Positions 59,401 through 64,000 of a stretch of 64,000 bases of DNA are shown one piece after another. The translations under genes and the position numbers were made by a program. The stretch comes from Felis catus (taxonomy: Eukaryota). A model generated the notes under the pieces. The model saw nothing but the letters and a program-made list of their open reading frames with translations, searched no databases and had not been told where the DNA came from. Positions within the stretch are counted from its first letter, which is position 1; every line of letters starts with the position of its first letter. Location: assembly GCF_018350175.1 (NCBI RefSeq), contig NC_058368.1, positions 175,090,001-175,154,000 on the forward strand, read 5' to 3'.

Positions 59401-60868
59401 AAATTTTTCCTGATTGCACAACTACGTATTCACTCCCTCAAATTAGAGGTCGTAAAAAAGGACACACAGTTAAACATTGTGTTAAACAGAAGTCTAGACA
59501 TGACTGAGATTTATTATAGAAGAAAAAAAGAACTCTCACTCCCAAAATCATCTGGAGTGAGAACATGGCATTCCAATGTCTTAGTTCTCCTTATCCACAG
59601 AGATGAAGTTTTTCACTTGCTTCTTACCCCAGCCCCAACCTCAGAGAAATAAATACCAATTGACTTGAACTGAAGAATCCTTAATGCCTGGAACGATGGT
59701 CTGAAGGCCCAGGAAGATAATGAATCATCATTGTATTATGAATAGCGATTGGTTTCCTGCAACAATGTGGTACACAACGAAAGAACAAATCTGCTTACCA
59801 AAAATAGTCCCAGGTCCTGGGTATCGGTCACTTCCTTTTAGCAGGAATCTACACAGCAACTCCTAGTTTAATAATGAATAGATTTGGCCTGCTCATTTAT
59901 TGCTTCCTTAAACAAGATCTGATTACTACTATTATTATGGTGGTGATTTTGCTATTGTCACTCCTCCTCTGGTACCCGGGAAAAATAACCGCCGACTCTT
60001 AGGGGTTTACCTTCTGAACAAAGGTTTATCGCTAAAATTATTTTGATTGTTAAAATTATTTTCATTTCCAGGCGAGTCTAGCTCCTCGCGTCCTTTCTCT
60101 GTCTCCATGACTACAGTGTAAGCGCCGCGAGGCAGGGCCCTCGTTTGTTTTTTCTCGAGCTATGTGTGTTAGAGATGCGGAACGAGTGTCCACTAAAGAT
60201 TTGAATTAGTGAAGCTTTGAACGTGTATCTTATCTAGACCCCTTGGGTTCAGTTTTAAAGACTGTCTCTGCGGCATTTGTTTGGACAGCTCTCGCTGAAG
60301 GGTGGGGACCCGGTGTGCATTTCCCGACGTCACCTGCCTCACTGCGGCACCCACGAGAGTCGGCTCCGGGGCTGGCAGGCCAAGGACAAAGGAAGACAGA
60401 AAAGGTTGTTTCAAGTAAAGAAAGTGAAGCTCTAATTATCTTCAAGTGAGTCGTCAAACAGAGAACGAATGGTGATTATCCCCAAATAAGAGGCCTCCTC
60501 TCCAGGCCTTTAATTTGTGGGACCCATAACATAATCTGGTTTCTTCAGGGTCCTTGAAAAGAGGCTTTGTTCACCTGGGTGACATAACCCCAAGGGAAGG
60601 GCGCAGAGGAATGAGCTAAACTATTGTGAATCAAAGAACTGAAGCCGGGGAGGCAAACTGGACAGCCTCTGCAATTAACCACAGGCGTCTTCCTCCCTGG
60701 AGCACAAGAGTTCTCAGAGTCAGTCTGTCTGCTGGCCTCGGGAATGGCTTCCTCTTCCCTGGAGCTCACCTACCCGGGCTGTCTCGCTCATCAATATACC
60801 TACCCTGTGCCTGGCCTGGTGCTGGTTGCACGAGGCTAGTTCTTGAGCTTATAAAGTGATAGTAAGGA

Positions 60869-60978
60869 GGGGCGTCTGGCTGCCTCAGTCCACAGAGCAC
60901 GCAGTTCTTGATCTCAGGGTCATGAGTTCCAGCCCTCCGTCCGGTGTAGAGCTGCCTTAAAAAATAATAAATAAAATA
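60869..60978 (+). mobile_element. Short old CanSINE (tRNA-derived, no CT region)
   Basis: GGGGCGTCTGGCTGCCTCAGTC...CTTGATCTCAGGGTCATGAGTTCCAGCCC + A tail. Confidence 0.8.
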
Positions 60979-61159
60979 GAGGAATGGTAAGGGAAGCGAA
61001 GGAAAAGAGGCTCCCGCCTCCTCCTGCAGAATTTTCTTGGGATGTGGGAACCCCATGAATGGACTCATCCGTGAAGAGTTTCTGGACTCCCCCCCCAAGG
61101 GCCAAGTATTATCCACTGTGGAGGGTTTAGAAAGAATGGTTGGCCATACACAAAGGATT

Positions 61160-61390
61160 AAGATGCAAAGGCTTTGAAGACAGGCAGATATGGGTTCTAA
61201 TCCCGGCTTTGCCCCTTGCCAGCTACGCCACCTTGGGCAAGATAAGGTGCCTCTCTGAGCCTCAATTTTCTCATGTACTACAGAATGGTTATGTTAATAT
61301 TTAGCTCTTAGTTTGGTAAGATTTGAACAAGCTAATGGTTGCAAAAAGCCCAGCCTGATCTCTGGCACAGACCAAGTGGTCAACTAATGC
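61160..61390 (+). mobile_element. MIR
   Basis: GGGTTCTAATCCCGGCTTTGCC...CCTTGGGCAAG...CTCTCTGAGCCTCAATTTTCTCAT. Confidence 0.8.
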
Positions 61391-61851
61391 GGGATTCTTA
61401 CCCTAGGACACAAAGGGGTACAAACCTAAATCCAAATCAAGTCTTGTTTAACAAGAAGTGGGAGCATGTAGGATTCCTAGTTAATAAGAAGATAGTATTC
61501 TACTTGTCGTTTGTATCTCAGATGCCCTAGCACATAGTAGGGGCTTTAGTGCATTTTGGAGAGTTGGCTCTCCCAGTAACCGGGGCCTGTCCATCTCCTG
61601 CGTGGGCCTGTTTCCCATCTTGCAGCAAGGTGGTGATCTCTGTAAGGACTTCTGTCCTGAGTGACTTTGATCTAGTGATTTGACCAAACTGTAGGTGGAC
61701 AGGTACACATAATTACTGTGTGACTATTACAAAATTCAGCACTGGAGTCCTCTCTCACAGCGGTGAACTACAAAACAGAAAGTAGTTCATGGTCTTCTGA
61801 AATGCAGATCTTAATGCTGATGACAACTAGATCCTAAATGGAATCTTCTAG

Positions 61852-62358
61852 AAAAAGGAAATCAGATAAAAACAGAGAGGGAGGCAAACCATAAGACTCT
61901 CTTTTTTTTAAAAAAAAATGTTTATTTATTTTTGAGAGAGAGACAGAGAGAGAATGTGTGGGGGGGGGGGGAGGGGGAGGGAGGGACAGAGAGAGGGAGA
62001 CAGAAGATCTAAAGTGGGCCTGAGCCAAGATCATGACCTGAGCCTAAGTCGAACGCTTAACCAACTGAGACACCCAGGTGTCCCAAGAGACTCTTAAATA
62101 TAGAGAAGAAACTGAGGGCTACTGGAGGGGAGATGGGTGGGGGGGGGATGGGCTAAATGGGTGATGGGCGTTAAGGAGGGCACTTGTTGGGATGAGCACT
62201 GGGTGTTCAAGGAAGTGATGAATCACTGGGTTCTACTCCCGAACCCAATACTACACTGCACTATGTGTTGACTAACTTGAATCCAAATTTAAACAACTAA
62301 CTAAATAGATAGACAAATAGATAGATAATACATAGATAAATAGATAGATAGACAGATA
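61852..62358 (+). mobile_element. 5'-truncated felid/carnivore L1 3'UTR with (TAGA)n tail, interrupted by SINE
   Basis: GAGGCAAACCATAAGA...G-rich tract 62124-62168...GATGAATCACTG; TSD GAA(T/C)CTTCTAG at 61841 and 62359. Confidence 0.9.
61902..62084 (-). mobile_element. Internally deleted CanSINE inside L1
   Basis: Reverse SINE lacking the GAGCC...TCGAAC segment; TSD core AGACTCT. Confidence 0.88.
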
Positions 62359-62928
62359 GAACCTTCTAGCCCGAATTCTTTACGGAGCGCTTTAGGGGAT
62401 GTGAATGTGTAAACCCAAGCAAGGAGTGTGCAGTGGGCATGTAAGGATCTGTTAGAATTTTGCAAAATGCAAATCAGACCATCAGCGCCTAAGCTCCCCA
62501 AATCAAGTTACAACAGCTTTGACCCTCCCTTTCCCGCTCTGCTCGCCTCAGCTCCTCAGCTACAACTGTGACGTGACAATTCTGTGGCAACTGCCACCAG
62601 ACTTACTGGAAAACTTACTAACGGAGAGCCTTTCCCAGAGACAGGTGACAACGGCCTTTCTCTCATACTCTGTGGACCCACACACAATGCCCGTGCATCG
62701 TACGTGCCCACAGAGCCTGTGTGCTGTGCCCCCCAGGTCCTCCAGGGGAGCCCCAGGACTGGCCCACAGGACTCATAAAGCATCTACTGAATGCTCGGCC
62801 TTACTGAGTATTACTGATGATACGAAAAGGTAGGGAAGTAAGCCTAACTCGTTCCATTCTAGGAAGTGTTACGCTATGGTGAAAATAGATGAGGGATGTT
62901 GGAGACAAATGAATTCCATCTTGACCCC

Positions 62929-63060
62929 CATCTTGGTCAGCTTGCGCTGCTATAACAAAACAACACAGACGGGGTGGTTCACCCCACACAAACTTATTTC
63001 TCACCCTTCTGGAGACTGGAAGTCAAAGATCAAGGTGAGGGCCATCCGGTTCCTGGTGCT
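62929..63060 (-). mobile_element. MLT1/MST LTR fragment within L2 (+, ~62450-63280)
   Basis: GCTGCTATAACAAAA...AAACTTATTTCTCAC...TCTGGAGACTGGAAGTCAAAGATCAAGGTG. Confidence 0.75.
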
Positions 63061-63520
63061 CCCAGCCTGTCCTGTGTGTGTGCCCTGCTTATGTCGCCTA
63101 GCCTCCCCACCTCACCTCTCGTCACACGGTACTGTGGTTGCCTACCTCATCGCCTGCCTTCTCCACAAGACAAGAAGCCCCTCACGGCCAAGAGACTGGC
63201 CTCGTTCGTTTCCAGAACCTCAGCACCTAGCAAAGCGGCAAGTTCATGGTAGGTGCTCAATAATGGTTAATAAAATGTGGTCCTAAGCAGGCTGGTTCAT
63301 CTCCCTCTGGGATTTAGATTCCTCATCTGGAAAACCAGGGCTGTTGTGGGGATGAAATGAGGGGACAAGGCTTCCCACCTGACATGAGGTGGGTGCTCAG
63401 CATGTCCTCGTGTCTCTTCCCTTTTCCTTTTCCCCCGAAGTTCTTGCTGGAGATCCCAGACTCCTTGACGTGATATGAATGCAAGACAGGAGAAAGCCAC
63501 GCTGAAGACTGTGCAGTCTT

Positions 63521-63758
63521 TTTATTTTTTATATTATATTTTTATTTTTTTATATGTCTATTTCCGAGAGAGAGAGGGAGGGAGAGAAACAGAGCACCAG
63601 TGGGGCGGGGCAGAGAAAGGGACACACAGAATCCAAAGCAGGCTCCAGGCTCTGAGCTGTCAGTACAGAGTCCGACACGAGACCCGAACCCACAAACTGT
63701 GAGATCATGACCTGAGCCGAAGTCGGACACTTAGCCGACTGAGCCACCCGGGAGCCCC
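63521..63758 (-). mobile_element. CanSINE
   Basis: TSD TGCAGTCTT. Confidence 0.95.
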
Positions 63759-63879
63759 CCCATGCAGTCTTGATACTAAGAGGTTTAGGGAAGATTTTCT
63801 GAAATTAGTTGAGCCTGGGGCAGGGGTGCAAAATCACTAGGGTTGCCTACTGGGTTACTACCCCACATTTCTCACATTT

Positions 63880-64000
63880 TTAAATCTTTTTATTTTTTAC
63901 TGCGGCAAAATATACATAACATAAAATCTGCCGTTTTAATTTTCAATTTTTTTAAGTTTATTTATTTATTTTGAGAGCGGGGGAGCAAGGGCAGAGAGAA
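63880..64000 (-). mobile_element. L1 3' end plus CanSINE tail cut by window edge
   Basis: GGCAAAATATACATAACATAAAAT then TTTATTTATTTTGAGAG...GGGCAGAGAG. Confidence 0.7.

Noticed and set aside
60869..60950. tRNA-like sequence
   Set aside because: Diverged tRNA-derived SINE with an A tail, not an intact tRNA gene
1..64000. CRISPR array, operon or other novel gene system
   Set aside because: Mammalian repeat-rich non-coding DNA; repeats are dispersed SINEs with TSDs, not regularly spaced repeat-spacer units, and no coding genes are evident

Overview
Mammalian, carnivore DNA, very probably felid (cat-like). This rests on about 35 tRNA-derived CanSINEs (SINEC_Fc type: GGGGCGCCTGGGTGGC... (CT)n ...AAAAATAAATAAAC) and carnivore L1 3' ends. 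I can support no protein-coding exon, RNA gene or processed pseudogene. The ORF track is explained by SINEs, low-complexity tracts and chance. The window looks like a gene desert or large intron. It is layered with ancient repeats (MIR, L2, L1M, MLT1/MLT2, LTR16/33, hAT MERs), young SINE/L1 insertions with target-site duplications (TSDs) and one CpG-rich probable solo LTR (~1.4-2.0 kb). Between them lie several repeat-free, motif-dense islands that look like developmental enhancers (best at ~34.75-35.67 kb and ~52.7-53.4 kb), plus a few CTCF-like motifs. I found no evidence of a new gene system. The most interesting signals are the regulatory islands, the solo LTR, two L1 truncations converging at the 3'UTR G-tract and a nested inverted SINE pair. 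Repeat family names come from recalled consensus sequences, not a database search, and boundaries of old repeats are approximate.
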